Below are positions 13,678-27,350 of a stretch of DNA of 64,000 nt, one piece after another. How positions within the stretch are numbered: the first letter of the stretch is position 1; the number at the start of each line of letters is the position of its first letter. The translations under genes and the position numbers were made by a program. Source of the DNA: Felis catus (taxonomy: Eukaryota); the NCBI RefSeq assembly GCF_018350175.1, contig NC_058369.1, positions 28,088,001 to 28,152,000 on the forward strand, written 5' to 3'. Under the pieces are notes generated by a model. It saw only the letters and a program-made list of their open reading frames with translations, had not been told where the DNA came from and did not search any database.

Positions 13678-15282
13678 AAGAACAACAACAATTGTGATCA
13701 TTTCCATGATGGAGATGACTAAGGGAGATGACAGTTTGTAGGGGCGGGGGGGGGGGGCGGCGGGGGGGGGAGTATGTGAGGATGGAATCAGAGCAGGATG
13801 ACCTGAGAAAGTGGCATTTAAGATATGACCTAAAAAACGAGGAGGACTGAGTGAACTTCTAGATAGAACAGCATTAAATGGGAAGAAGCTTGTCATGTCT
13901 GAGGAAAGAGAGGGTCAGTGTGGTTGCAGTACAGAGAACAAGGCAAAATGGTGTTGGAATAGGGAAGACAATCAGCAGGCCACCATCACAGGCGCTCAGA
14001 GGCCATCTTCATTTAGAACTTGACGCTGATAGCAATGGGAAGGCATCCAAGTATTTTTGCAACTGAAAACACTAAGGCCCTATTTCTTCAACAATACTTC
14101 ATCACTTGTGCTTTCCCCGATTCAAAATTAACTTCCTCCCCTGCTAATCCAAGTCTGTAAGGTTTAACTCAGTTTTACCCTGCATGGGACTAAAAGCAGT
14201 AAATGTAGTGATAGTGTTTCTTTTATTAAAAAAAAAAACATGTCCATGTTAGTTATCACAACAGAGTTTGGAGACTGAGAGGTATGGTTAGTGGGTTCTT
14301 CCATCCCAGCTTTCTTACTCAGTGTGCTATGAAAATGAAGAATTAAACACACTCCCTCACTAGATATTCTACAACACAGTCTTGGGCAAAGTAATGACAC
14401 TTCTATAAAAGGAATTCCAGCATGGAAGTAAAGAATATGCATAATGAAGTAACAACTTGATTCTAAAACCTCCAGAACCCCAAGTCAAGACCAAAGAGAG
14501 CAATCACTTTTCCCATAAGCATTCCCATAAGGAAATACCCTAAGTACTTCCTTAACGTTGGGTTGTGAGAACAGCTGCATGGCAGGGTCTTTTTGAAAAC
14601 GTCTGTAGAAGAGGAGGCCTCTACTCGCTGAATCAGCTCTTACACTTTTCTTTGTTGTCCAATAGCCAAACAACAGGATTATCGGGGGGGGGGGGGGGGA
14701 AGCAAGACAAAAAAAAATCATGGACAAGTTAATGCATGTGATTAAGAGCTGAGACCTGAATTAGAGAAGGTTTGTAAGCCATTTGGGATACTGGAAGAAG
14801 AAAGAAGACTTTAAAAGTAGCACTGGTGTGTGGTAGTAAAACAAGGGAGAGAAAGACGGTAAATGATTTCACCTTACATTACGAAAGGATTCTTCCTTTG
14901 TTCTTTTGGGGGGGGGGAGGCTTAAAGATTTTTAAAGAATTTTCAATTATTTTGGACGTTCAATTCATTTTTCTTTGAACATAACACAATCCTTAAGTAG
15001 AAGCCCAAGAGGACTTGGTTGTGTACAGGTTGCAGTAATATTGGGAGTAGAGACACTATTACGCCACCTTAAAACAGGCATGCATGGAATAATAGTATTA
15101 CCATTCTGTGAACACAATGGCTCAGTTTTAATTCAGGTTACTGCCATACGATAGAGTTTTCCTCTTCCAAGATTCTTCTCCCTTCTATCCCTAGTCTTCA
15201 TTGGGTCACTGCCTGCTCCAATATCATATCTAAGCTTAAGTATCTGTTCTGCAGAGAGATCCTCTTGGAACCTGTAGATGTA

Positions 15283-15490
15283 ATACTGTCCAACAGAACT
15301 CTCCACAATGACGAAAGTGTTTTAGATCTGTATTGTCCCGTATGGTTGCCACACTGACCACTGAGTATTTGAAACATGGTAGTTTCAAAGTTTAAAGGGG
15401 TGAGCTTTAAATTTGGGAGGAAATAAAATTGAAATTAAATTGAAATAGCCACGTGTAGCTAGTGGTTACCATACAAAAATCACAGCAAGA
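15283..15490 (+). mobile_element. MER3-like hAT-Charlie MITE
   Basis: ctgtccaacagaact...aaatagccacgtgtagctagtggttaccata resembles MER3. Confidence 0.75.
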
Positions 15491-15691
15491 CAAAGCCTCT
15501 AGTCTTGTATTTCATTAGTATTCTGTGTCTCCTTTGTAGCTCTTGGTGCATTTGCAGTTATACAGTGTTTATAATTATTTGTTTAATGACCATCTTCCCC
15601 ACTAAACTATCAAAATTGTCTTGATCCCACTATGATAGTTCATGCCTGAAACATGGGGGCAATTCAAAGAGCTGTTGACTGACTGACTTAC

Positions 15692-15994
15692 CACTTAAAT
15701 AAAACCTTTCATTATTTTAATCATATAATATCAGATGTTAATCTGCTGGATATTCGAATACCAAAGGCTGATGTAAGAAAACTGGAATCCTAGCTGTTTA
15801 CAAGGTGCAAACTTTCCGGTAAAGTCCAGAAAGTGCCACCAAAAATTATCAAAATCTGTGGGAAATGTGTTTGCCACAGATTTTTCCTAAACACACACAT
15901 ACACACAACACACACACAAACACAGCTGCCTTCAGAAAAGAGTCTTCTATTTTGCTCTAAAATCTGTTCTGGCTGTGAAAATGATGACACTCCT
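15692..15994 (-). other. Putative non-coding exon (303 nt)
   Basis: Strong acceptor ttttttcttttgcag| and donor aagtg|gtaagt; no TE; internal 11-bp perfect stem. Confidence 0.5.
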
Positions 15995-17373
15995 CTGCAA
16001 AAGAAAAAAATTCAATGCAAAACAAATTCACAATTTAGCTCAGGACGGAGGAGAAAGTTGACACAAAGAAGCTGTCCCTCCCTAGTTTAAATGAATGTTT
16101 TTATCTTTAGATCATGGTAGCTAATTTTCTTAAATCCTTGTAAATATGTTAACTCTCCAGACACAAATGCGCAATAGTTACCCTTTGTCAATGCTGAAAA
16201 TGACAGAAAATACATTAGCATAGTACAGGATGTAATATGGATGTTTCAAATATGGAGACCATTATTATTAAAATCCATAGCGTCAACCCAAATGAGCTTT
16301 ATGAAGAGTGATGGAAAAGCATACAATTATAACTTGTGTCACAATGTTCTTGTTCCGGGGTGTACCTGTATCTTCAGAAGGCCTATCAGGGAAAGCTTAC
16401 AAACCAAGACCAGCAGGGCATGTGGGGCCCCTTCCTGTCTTTTCTCAAGATAGGTATAGATATTGAAATTCATCATTCAGGAGTTGAAATACTAAGAAAT
16501 TTCTGCCAAGTCCTATTAGCATTCAGCAATAATTTAAATAAGGGAAGTATTTATCAAAAGTACAGAACAACTTATACAAATTGAACATGTCAAACTAATA
16601 GATACAATTATTTTCCTATTAAGGTAATTTCAAAATGGGTATGACATTTTGCTCTTTTATCTTCTAAAAAATGAAAAATATCTTTGAATATCCGTAGCAA
16701 TGCCTGACCTTCAGACACACTGACTATGCAAGTAATGCAGAGATCACAGTGATTGTTGTAAAAATCTAGACCTCAAGGTCCAGGTTGGGAAGTGCATTTC
16801 ATGGTCACAAAATGCCTTAAAGGTAGATTCAACGTGGACTCATAAAAATAAAGCAACAACAGGAAGGAGAATAGAACCTACTGAAAAGAACCTACAAATC
16901 AAGTAAGTGGTATACATCCCCAATCCTTGGAGAATTGCAAATGTGCCTTGGCTAAAATTGGTCTTGCAAAGTTTGACTTCTGTCTGGTTGTAATGATAAA
17001 GAATCCATTTAATCCCACAGCAGTGAAAATGAGAGCATGCTACTGCTTTGGGGTGAACTGTTAAAGGCTAATTGAGTTTTAGATACTCACCCCTAATTGT
17101 TCAAGATTTTATCCTAATATCAATTTCTGCATTAATGCACAGGCTCCCTGAGTCCATAAGGAATAGATTTCATTTGAAAATTAAACATGTCCTGCCCAAA
17201 AAGAAAAGCATTTTTTCCCAGATAATTCTTACAATCAGAATCCAACTTCCTGGATGAAATAGGTCAGATTAATCAAAACTCTCCTAAAACTTCACTTTCA
17301 GTAAGTTAGAAACTAAAAGTTATCTAGTTAATCAGACATTATAGATACTCAATATAAAAAATTGGGGGCACAA

Positions 17374-17605
17374 GGGCACCCAGGTGGCTCAGTCAGTTAG
17401 GTGTCCAATTTTGGCTCAGGTTATGATTTCACCATTCGTGAGTTCGAGCCCTGTATTGGGCTCTGTGCTGTCAGTTTAGAGCCTGGAGCCTGCTTCACAT
17501 TCTGTGTCTCCCTCTCTGTCAGCCCCTCACTTCTCACACTCTGTCTCTGTCTCTTTCTCTCTCTCAGTCTCAAAAATAAATAAATATTTAAAAATATTTT
17601 TTCTT
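17374..17605 (+). mobile_element. SINEC
   Basis: SINE head, (CT)n, A tail. Confidence 0.92.
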
Positions 17606-17642
17606 AAGAAAATTTGGGGCACTAATTAAATATGAAAATGCA

Positions 17643-17837
17643 GGGGTGCCTGGGTGGCTCAGCCAGTTAAGTGTCCAACTCTTGATTTTGACTCAGGTCA
17701 TGATTTCATGGTTCATGGCTTCGAGCCCCATGTAGGGCTCTGCACTGGCAGTGTGGTGCCTGCTTGGGATTCACTCTCCCCACCCCGCCCTTTGCCCCTC
17801 CTCTGCTCATGCTCTTTCTCTCAAAATAAATAAACAC

Positions 17838-17882
<45 letters not shown>
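17643..17882 (+). mobile_element. SINEC with (TA)n tail
   Basis: ggggtgcctgggtggctcag head; tail expanded to (TA)n. Confidence 0.92.
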
Positions 17883-17886
<4 letters not shown>

Positions 17887-18963
17887 ATACATAGCATGTA
17901 AGGTTTCTTAGGGAACTGTATTTTAACACTACTACTAACACTTTTAATTTAGAAGTACTATTCTCTTTCTGTAATTAGAAAACTGAGTACTGTTGGTTCA
18001 AAAAGAGTAAGGTTGGCATACTATTTATTCCAGAGCCGGTTGTAAATAAAAAGAACTACCGTACATATTTTTAAGTTATTAAAGCATGATTATGTGTAGT
18101 TGGGCAGTATCTTCAAAGATGTGTCTACTTATTCTCCTAATAAACCACCCGGTCAACTTTAGAGAGCCAGCTTTGAGAGATAGGGATGTGCCCAGCTTTC
18201 AGAACACCTGCTATAGGAAACCCTCAAATTACAAAAAAAAATGAAATTAAGGAAGACTGATTTGCATTGCAAAAGAATCTCCAGGATGGGGGGGAAGGAG
18301 AAGGGAAAGCAAAGAGGAAAGGAAGGAATACCTACCTCAATATCCCTATACCAGTAGCATTTCTAGGCCTTTGTATATTTGGATTTGGTACTGTATCTTA
18401 TTTAATATGTAACTTTTAAGATATACAACAGCAGTAGAATTAATAACAGTAGCTAAAATTTATGAAGTAATTTTTGTGGTCTACGCGCAATGCTGAATCT
18501 ATGCATTTATTATCTCGTGTAAGTCTCATAGGACCCCTGAAGGTTAGGTGCTCCCATTATTTTCATTTTACAGTGAGAACATGGAGACTCAGGCAACTTC
18601 TCAAGAGTTTGCACCTTTGTTGGAAAAAGAGAATAAAGTAAAAATCTTTTTTTTTAATTTTAAAAAGGCTTAAGAGGAATGCTACTGTGACTATCTTTAA
18701 TGCTTTCATACATGTCAAAGCTTAATTGCCTTGCTATGTAAGTATTTTCCATCATTTCAGACATATGTTAGAAAAACGAACCAAATGTCAATGATCATCG
18801 CTACCAGTTTCCAAGCACTATGAATCTTTTGGCCTGATAAGGCAGAGACGGTTAGAGGTTTCTTAGACGATGTCACTCAACACATGTTATTCACCAGAGA
18901 ACAGGGGATTGGCAATGTCTTAGTCCAAACAGGACTAGAAGCTTTATAAACTCAAAAATATTT

Positions 18964-19187
18964 GAGGCACCTGGGTGGCTCAGTTGGTTAGGCATCCGAC
19001 TTCGGCTCAGGTCATGATCTCACTGCTCATGGGTTTGAGGCCCGCATCGGGCTCTGTGCTGAGAGCTCAGAGCCTGGAGCGTGCTTCAGATTCTGTGTCT
19101 CCCCCTCTCTCTGCCCCTCCCATGCCTGTGCTCTGTCTCTCTCTCTCTCAACAATGAATAAACGTTAAAAAAAATAATAAAAAAAAA
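18964..19187 (+). mobile_element. SINEC
   Basis: Typical head, body and tail. Confidence 0.95.
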
Positions 19188-19854
19188 TGTTTACAAACTC
19201 CATTTTTCCCCCCAGAGCCACCAATGCCAAGAGGATAACAACTACATATCCAAAGGGCCACACAGAGCAGTTTCTGGTACTTACTGTTATGACCAAAGAC
19301 CTAACATCTTTTGAGACTCCATGATTTATCATATAACCAAATAGTTCAAAGATTACACCCTGCTGTTTAGTGTCATACATAAATGATTCTACACTACCCA
19401 AATACTTGGTTCCTGGGATTGGTCCCGAAGATTCTTCCCCCATTTAGCAGAGGTGTGCTAAATGCCTTAGCAGAGAACATGAGGGAAAAAATCATGTACA
19501 CAAAAAAACAAAAACCCACATAGAGCTGTTCCACTGCATAGATATAATTTCAAAAATAGGGAAGAGAGCAGATATAAAAATATTTGTCTGCATGGACTCC
19601 TCTCTTTCAGTATCAGAGATGCCTCTGTTTAAATATTAGGCTTCTAGAAATGAAACTTCTGCAATCTTAACTCACTAGGATTGCTCACACATACAACCAT
19701 TCTTCTTCTTCTGTCCAAGTGACTAGACTTGGGCTTGAGGCTGTGATAACTGTGATAATTGCTCTGTAACCATATGGTCTGTTCAAAAGGCCATGAATGG
19801 CCACAATCCCAGGTCCAAAACAGTGTGTAAGTAAATGTTTCTCAAAGGCAAGAG

Positions 19855-20058
19855 CTGTGCTGTCCAACATTATACCTGGTAGCTACAAGGCACTATTTGC
19901 ATTTAATTAAATAAATTATTAAATTTAATTAACAAATTAAATGTAAATTTCCATTCTGCAGTCACACCATTTGTCAAGTTTTCAGTGGCTTCATGTAGCC
20001 ACATTTCATTGGCTACCATAATGGGCAGTGCAAATACAGTTCTATTGAACAGCTCTGG
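19855..20058 (-). mobile_element. MER3/MER33-like hAT MITE
   Basis: gctgtccaac...AT-rich core...ttctattgaacagc; reverse of the 15283 element pattern. Confidence 0.65.
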
Positions 20059-20460
20059 CCTAAAGTAACTTTTCCTAACTTGTAACCTTGACCAGGGTTT
20101 AAATCAAGACCAGCCAAAGGATTTGGGCTCACACGCCAAAGCTGGTCAATTTGAATTATCTTCTTAGAATAGAGAAACAATGCAGCACCCAGAATAGCGA
20201 AGTCTCTCTGGGCCACAGAAATGAGGAGTGATAAGACCTTCTACTAACAGCAATATCGAACCGCCAAATATCTAAAACTAAAGAGTACCACATCTTAGAA
20301 ATAACCCGTCTTTCTACGCACCATTTCAAAAAAAGGCATAAAACAAGTATTTCCCCCCAGGAACTCAGACTTAAATAAGTCTTTGACATCATCCCTAATC
20401 ACAATCTAAGTCCTAGTCCAAAACAGACTAGTCTTATTAGTTTAATCAGAAAATACTCTA

Positions 20461-20697
20461 GGGGCGCCTGGGTGGCGCAGTCGGTTAAGCATCCGACTTC
20501 AGCCAGGTCACGATCTCACGGTCCGTGAGTTCGAGCCCCGCATCAGGCTCTGGGATGGCTCAGAGCCTGGAGCCTATTTCCGATTCTGTGTCTCCCTCTC
20601 TCTCTGCCCCTCCCCCGTTCATGCTCTGTCTCTCTCTGTCCCAAAAATAAATAAACGTTGAAAAAAAAAAATTAAAAAAATAAAAAAATAAAAAAAA
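20461..20697 (+). mobile_element. Young SINEC_Fc-like SINE
   Basis: Near-consensus, long A tail, perfect TSD agaaaatactcta. Confidence 0.96.
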
Positions 20698-21405
20698 GAA
20701 AATACTCTAAAAACTGGTGATGCAGATAACACCAACGCAATTTTTAAAATGCCTATTTACCTACATGAAAACTTATCCTCTGAATATCATTTCTTTTTGT
20801 TGTTGTTGTTGTTAAGTAAACAGCTGAGCCACTGTTAAAGGCCTCAATCTAGAGTCCGTATTGTTCCCTGATGGAACTCAATCTAATCAGAGATTTTCCC
20901 CCTCACTTAGAAAATCATTTTTGGATACTCTGACTCCAACAGGGCTTTCATAAGCCACACAGAACTGTGTACAACATCTCAAATATAGCATCTGGTTTAG
21001 TCTAAATTTCTAAATGACAAGCACATCAAGCACAACATGCATTTGGAATTAGGCAGAGAATGAGAAATCAGGCCTCTAGCTATCATTAGCAATAATCTTC
21101 CCCAGACACTGCCTCTACTCCCTACCCCACCACCTTTACCTTCCACAGACCTCTCGCTGATGTCATGATTAGCTTGTCAAATCAAATTCAGCAGGGCACA
21201 AGCATCTATAGTGACATTTCTCATTTTGCATTTTCATTCACTATGAAGGAATGAACCCTACTTAGTAGGCAGATTATCCACTATCTACTGCAAGTCTAAA
21301 CCATTTGAGTTGTATTACTAAAATGAGTTGGCACTGAAAACAGAGTATTAAGAATGTATATTGATAGAAAAGTAAGCAGGCACAAGGAGTCTCTTCTGTG
21401 CTTAC

Positions 21406-21556
21406 TTTCCAGGGAATTCTTAGAGCTTCGGTGAGGCCACAGTGATGCAGGTGATTTCAGCTAGGACCACTGGGTGAGATCTCAGTCTTAATGGCCTTTA
21501 TGGCCTAAAGGCATTAAGCGTTAATGGCCTTAATGACTTGCCAGTCATGGTTGTGA
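21406..21556 (-). other. Putative non-coding (5'UTR/lncRNA) exon, 151 nt, containing a 16-codon ORF
   Basis: Acceptor ctttctcttttattttcag|, donor gaaa|gtaagc; stops in all three frames; GC-richer than flanks; no TE. Confidence 0.6.
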
Positions 21557-21619
21557 CTGAAAATAAAAGAGAAAGCACTTAAAATTTGATTTAGATATTC
21601 CTTTCCCCAATTTCTAGAG

Positions 21620-21828
21620 GAGTATTTCTCAACCTAGGGACAATCTTGCTCCTCACTCACCCCTTGGGGTATTTGGCAATGTCTATTCATACTTTCACTT
21701 TTCACAATTAGGGGTGAGGATGTCACAGGCATCTAGTGGGTACAGATTACATATGCTGCTACACATCCTACAACGCACAACAAAGAATTATCTATCCCCA
21801 AATGTCAATAATTCCGAAGCTGAAAATC
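21620..21828 (+). mobile_element. MER20 hAT MITE
   Basis: tttctcaacct...atttggcaatgtct...ggcatctagtgggta...aaagaattatct...aaatgtcaata. Confidence 0.8.
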
Positions 21829-22424
21829 AACCCGAAAGCTATATATGATCACTATCACTTACTTGATTATTCAATGACTTAAACTTGCATGGACATGAGC
21901 TACTTAAAAAATAATAATAATAATGTCTTCTGTCCATTTCAAGCTTAAAAAAGCACAGGGAACATTTAGAGGGGGGAGAGGTACATCTACTAGTAAAAAT
22001 AATACTTTTCAACATAAGCTATTTTGTTATTTGTTCAATCCTTATTCATTTAGTCTCCCTGATTGAGTAATTTTATCTTTAATCTACCTTCAGCATTTAA
22101 ATACTGTTGTATCAAGTTCTGTCAAAAAGGTATTAATTATAAAAAAGTAGAATGTGACCATCTTTACATGGCTAAGTATTTTCTGGAAAACTCCTACATC
22201 AAACATGCCTCACAATTCCGGAGATAGTTTTTAATTCTATAGGTACTATTACTTATTTAATAATAATAACTTTCATAATCCTTTAGAGTTTATAACAGAA
22301 ATGATAGCATACGGTGGAATTAAGTGGTGTTGAGGTAGTGGTGTTATTCCCCATCTGTGAGAGAATCGAATTATAATTTAAAGGTTTGGTATCTTTGCGC
22401 ACATGCAAGGGCATGGTAATGCAT

Positions 22425-22654
22425 TCTTTTCTTCTTTTTTTTTCTTTTTATTTGAGAGAGAGAGGGAGGGAGGGAGAGAGGGAGAGAAAGGGGTTGGTTC
22501 ACGTAGGGGTTGGGGGTTGGGCAGAGGGGGAGAGAGAGAGAATATTAAGCAGGAGCCACACTCAGCACAAAACCCAATACAGGGCTTAGTCTCACAGCCC
22601 TGGGATCATGAACGGAGCCAAAATCAAGAGTCAGACACTCAACCGAGCCCAGCC
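22425..22654 (-). mobile_element. SINEC, diverged
   Basis: Reverse SINE body; TSD gtaatgcatt. Confidence 0.85.
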
Positions 22655-23295
22655 AGTAATGCATTTTTCTCTCACACGTACCACAGAAATGGAAAAGCAA
22701 CACAGCAGTTAACCTCTAATACTTTATTAGCATACACATATGCACATAGGGTAGGAATCAATATTTCTCAGCATTTTCAACATTAAAGGCAAATTTTAAA
22801 ACCTGACAAAATACCATGTCCACCTGTTACAACTTTCTTTTCCCTAAGTCTTTATTAACATTATTAATAAAAGAAACATCAAGTGTCACTGCTTCAATTG
22901 CAAAAGAAAAAGCTTGTACTTTGAAGGTAGCTCTCACAATCTTAATAATAGTTGAATACAATAATCTAAAATACTATGGAGAAAATAAATGGCAACATGT
23001 AAGTATCATCATCTCTAACAACTCACTTTGCCTCTGAATTTTCAAGTCAATTATTTCATGAAATACTAGTCTTGACTGAATAAATAGAAATGTTCTAAAA
23101 CAGTCACTATTTTGCCCAGAAGTTGTGATGTATATGACATGATATTTCTATCTTAAAAATATGACTTAAATGTTTCAGAAGGAATCTCAAGCTTTCCGTT
23201 TGAGAAAGAAAAAAGGACCAACATTTGATGCTTGCATGGTGATACTATAGTGGAAAATGGCAAAACGTGCACCAATGAAGCAATCTTTTACTTAC

Positions 23296-23353
23296 AGAGA
23301 AACTCCCAAGGACTACCCCCATTTTGAATCATTATAGAACATAAGTAAAAACT
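23296..23353 (-). other. Putative small non-coding exon (58 nt)
   Basis: Acceptor ttttttatttttag| and donor tct|gtaagt. Confidence 0.3.
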
Positions 23354-24791
23354 CTAAAAATAAAAAAATAAAATCCCCAACTTGGAGCCAAGGTAGTCTC
23401 ACTGTTCAAAAATGGAACAAACTTGTTCAAACGTGGGGAACAAGTACACACACGCTTTACGACAAACACTGTGTTAATGATGCACAAAAAGCTAGTAGGG
23501 ATTTATACACTAGCCAAAAAAAAAAAATCATTTAAATGAAAACCTATTGTCAGAAGTCTAATTATGCTCAATGCCACCCCCTCTTTTTACTCTTACACAG
23601 CTTTTAAATATGTTCATCTTGCTCTAATTGCTCAGTAATGGACATAGCCTTCCAAGCAAAAACCTATTATTACAGCAAAGAAAAATGAATACGTAAGTTG
23701 CTAACAAAACCGACTCTTGGTACAATTTAAAAAAATGCTATACATCCACCGCCTTGCCTAACCCTGGTGTCCTACATGGGGGTCTATTTCAGTCCACAAT
23801 TTAAGATACAACAGAAGTAAGAGATAGCTACCCTGGCAGATTAAAAACTATAAGGCAGCAGTAAGTTTTCGGCCAACCACCCATGGTGGGCGGAGACATA
23901 TCCACTGTGCATGCAGGTCTCAAGTCCTCAATAACTTTGGACAACACCTTAAATCATCACCCATAAAATACAGTATATATAGCTTTGTGTATTCAATTCT
24001 CAAGTGTAATAAAGGTATACCGTCAGACATAGTAAGGGTAAAGGGTCCCATGTGAAAGCTTCATTTTATGGTAATTTATTACTACAAACTAAAGAGAAAG
24101 ATGCAGAAGGATAAAAAGAGAAATAAAATAAAACAGAAACTCTGAACAGTCACAAGGATAATTATATATAGCATAGAAGTTGTTATCCTAAGAGTATGTA
24201 TAGAATTCTTATGAGTGAAATATTCATATAATATGATTTTACAGTATTACTTTTAGGAGGTCAACATTGCATTTATTCAGTGCCCTAGGGAATCTGTCAG
24301 AAGTTGGGAATATCCTTCCTTTGGAGAAATAACAGAAATAATAACTAACCCTTTCATGCTGACTATATGGCAGGCAATGCTCTGAAAGCTACATATATAT
24401 TAACTCTCCCATGTGTTACTTATGAGGAAACTGAGGTAAGAAGCAAGTAACATGGCGAGAGGCACATAGCAAGCAAGTAGCAGAGCCAAGATTCAAGCCC
24501 AGGCAGTGTAGCTCTGGAGACCATGTTGGTTGGTCTCTTCTGCCTCCAGAAGACCCTCCTACCCCACCCTCTTCTCACCCCACCTACTTTCCTATCTTCT
24601 GACTACCATCAAATAGCCATGATCTGAAACCAAAGATCCTCAACCACCTCATACGAGTTACATATTTGTGAGGAATCCCCTTTCTGGTAATCAAGGACTA
24701 AGGATACCATGAAACAATTCAGCAATAATGATAGAGCAAGGACTACGAAAGAGCAACCTCACCTTATGGTGTCTATAAAAGCATTCACATC

Positions 24792-25008
24792 GGGGCGCCT
24801 GGGTGGCTCAGTCAGTTGGGCATCCAACCTCGGCTCAGGTCATGATCTCACAGTTTGTGAGTTCGAGCCCGGCGTCGGGCTCTGTGCTGACAGCTCAAAG
24901 CCTGGAGCCTGCTTTGGATTCTGTGTCTCCTTCTTTCTCTGCCCCTCCCCTGCTCATGCTCTGTCTCTCAAAAAATGAATAAACGTTAAAAAAAATTTTT
25001 TTAAAAAA
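24792..25008 (+). mobile_element. SINEC
   Basis: Typical; TSD aaaagcattcac/aaaagcactcac. Confidence 0.95.
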
Positions 25009-26165
25009 AGCACTCACGGTTATTATAACCATCACTTGTTCCTCGTTCTGCACTCTCGTTAATGTTTCAATAGAAACCAACAGAAACCTGGTGATTGCCT
25101 TGCCAGCTGTCTCACATACCCAGAGAACCAAGTTTGCACATGTTTTGGTAAAGAGCAATCTTTCTCCAAGCTGGCATGATCACACACTCTACTTCTGGAT
25201 TCTTCTCTACATAGTTTCTTCTGTTCCTGTGTAATCATACCCTACCTGCAAAAGAATAGCACCCAACAGACCAAGCAGCCCACACCTTCATTAATAGAGG
25301 GCCTACTATGTGAGCCACACAATAAATGGCACATGCTGAGTTCTTTACACGCACCAACAGCTTTTTAAAGCAGAACCACCTCCCTATGCGTAACAACACT
25401 GAGGATTCATGTCAAACAAGCAATGTGTCCAATTATCTCATGGTTAGAGGTGAAGGCAAGATTTTAAGCAGGTCTGTTCTAGAAAGTCCATACTTGGTAA
25501 TATTATTTTTCCCCATGTTTGCATAAGGATCTCTTATTTTTCATTATCTCTTTCACTAGTCTTCACTCTCCCTGGGAGAAAGGACTATATGTTGTTCACT
25601 CCCATTCCCATCATACTGCTATGAAAGGGGCACTCAGAATTTCCTGAGTAATCAAAAATGAGAGAACAGCACCTAACACTCACCAAGGAGGCACCTTAGT
25701 GCTTATGGTATTAAACAGATGCATACAGATTAGGATTAGAAGTTTTAAAGACTCAATTTAACTTAAGTCAAATGCATTCTGATATGACAGTAGCCTCGAA
25801 TTCTTAGTTCTCTCTCACCTTCCTCCCCTTTGTTCAACTTCTCTATCTTTCTGTTTCTCCCCTCTCTCCATTTATGTCTCTGTCCGTCTCTCTCACACGC
25901 CACCACTGTCACCACCAGCCACTGTAGCTACCTCATCAACACGCCATACACACGGTCAACAATCTCATGTGAAACATTCCTAACCACATCTGAGATGAAA
26001 CACTGAATAAGTACACTAATGGTACTGACATGACAAAGAATTCACCTCAACTCTACCTCAGGTAGCTTTCTGCACAAGGTAAGCCTCCTAGGCTAAAGAG
26101 CCCCAAACTTGACATCTAGATCTCAGATAACAAGCAGTAACTCTCAATCTCTCCCCCACATGTAC

Positions 26166-26516
26166 TGCTGTGGTCTGAAGGATTCCCCACAAAATTCCCA
26201 TGCTGGAATCTGTACACCCAGATTTTGGTGGTGTTAGAAAGTGAAGCCCTTGACAGGTGATTAGGTCGCAAAGGTGGCGCCCTCATAAAAGGGATTAATG
26301 TTCTTATAAAAGAGATCCCACAGAGCTCCCTGGCCCCATCCACCATGTGAGGAGACCATGAGAACCTTGAAACCCAGAAGAGGGCCCTCACCCAACCATG
26401 CTGTCATCTTGATCTCAGACTGCAAGTCTCTGGAAACTGTGAGAAATAAATTACTGTTGTTTATAAGCTACCTTGTCCATAATATGTGGTTATAGCAGCC
26501 CAGATAGACTAAGACA
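26166..26516 (+). mobile_element. MaLR solo LTR (MLT1A-like)
   Basis: TG...CA termini (tgctgtggtctgaa...gactaagaca); aggtgattaggt, actgtgagaaataaa, ttatagcagccc. Confidence 0.9.
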
Positions 26517-26724
26517 TACAGGCACTCACATATCATCACTTTCTTTTGGCATATTACTGACATCGTCATGTGACAAGACAGCCCTCCCTACATGCCAACT
26601 CTTGAGCTCAAAGTTCTTCATGCACCCTTTCCTGGAAGTCCCCAAGCAATTCCGTGTCATCTGCATTTGACAGATGAAGAGGCCAAGGTAGAGAGGGGCT
26701 CATGAGGCTTCAAGTCACAAAGTC

Positions 26725-26891
26725 GGGGGCCTCCTGGATGGTTCAGTTGGTTAACTGTCTGGCTGTTGAATTTGGCTCAGGTCATGATCTCATGGTTTAT
26801 GAGTTCAAGCCCCACCATAAGGCTCTGAGCTGACAGGGCACAGCCTGCTTGGGATTCTCTCTCTCTCTCCCTCTCTCTCTGCTCCTCCCCT

Positions 26892-26928
<37 letters not shown>

Positions 26929-26953
26929 AATAAATAAACTTAAAACAAAAATA
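26725..26953 (+). mobile_element. SINEC
   Basis: Head, (CT)n, tail; TSD aagtcacaaagt/aagttacaaagt. Confidence 0.92.
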
Positions 26954-27186
26954 AAGTTACAAAGTTACCAAATGGAAAATATTCATTCCTAGAACCCACA
27001 TTCTCTGAACAGAAAGCCTACTTTCCCTGCAACATCACTCTGGCCGCTTTCAGTGAGCTTGGTGTTTTCTGTGTGGCAGGAACTTCCTGAGCATCACCCT
27101 AATTTCTCTTGCACCAGAATGGTATCTTCCTCATGAAGGCACTCAATTTAGTAATTCATTTGCATTCCCTAATTGGTGTGCTACAT

Positions 27187-27350
27187 AAATGGTTAGCAAA
27201 GTGTGGTCCCATGTTAGAAATGCTCACCCTCAGGCCCTATCCCAGACCTACTGCATCACAAACTCTGGGGCTGGGGCCCCAACTGCCTGGGATCTTATAA
27301 GCTTTGCATGTAACTCTGATCTATGTTAAAGTTTGAGAATTACCACTCTG
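27187..27350 (+). mobile_element. MER5A-like hAT MITE
   Basis: caaagtgtggtccc...tgttagaaatgc...cccagacctactg...aaagtttgagaa. Confidence 0.75.

Noticed and set aside
15281..15300. TAATACTGTC resembling the miR-429/200b 5' end
   Set aside because: Lies at the MER3-like terminus; the rest of the mature sequence and a hairpin are absent
25235..25262. Second AG|GT site (ttcttttgcag|gtaggg)
   Set aside because: Short pyrimidine tract and weaker donor; expected by chance
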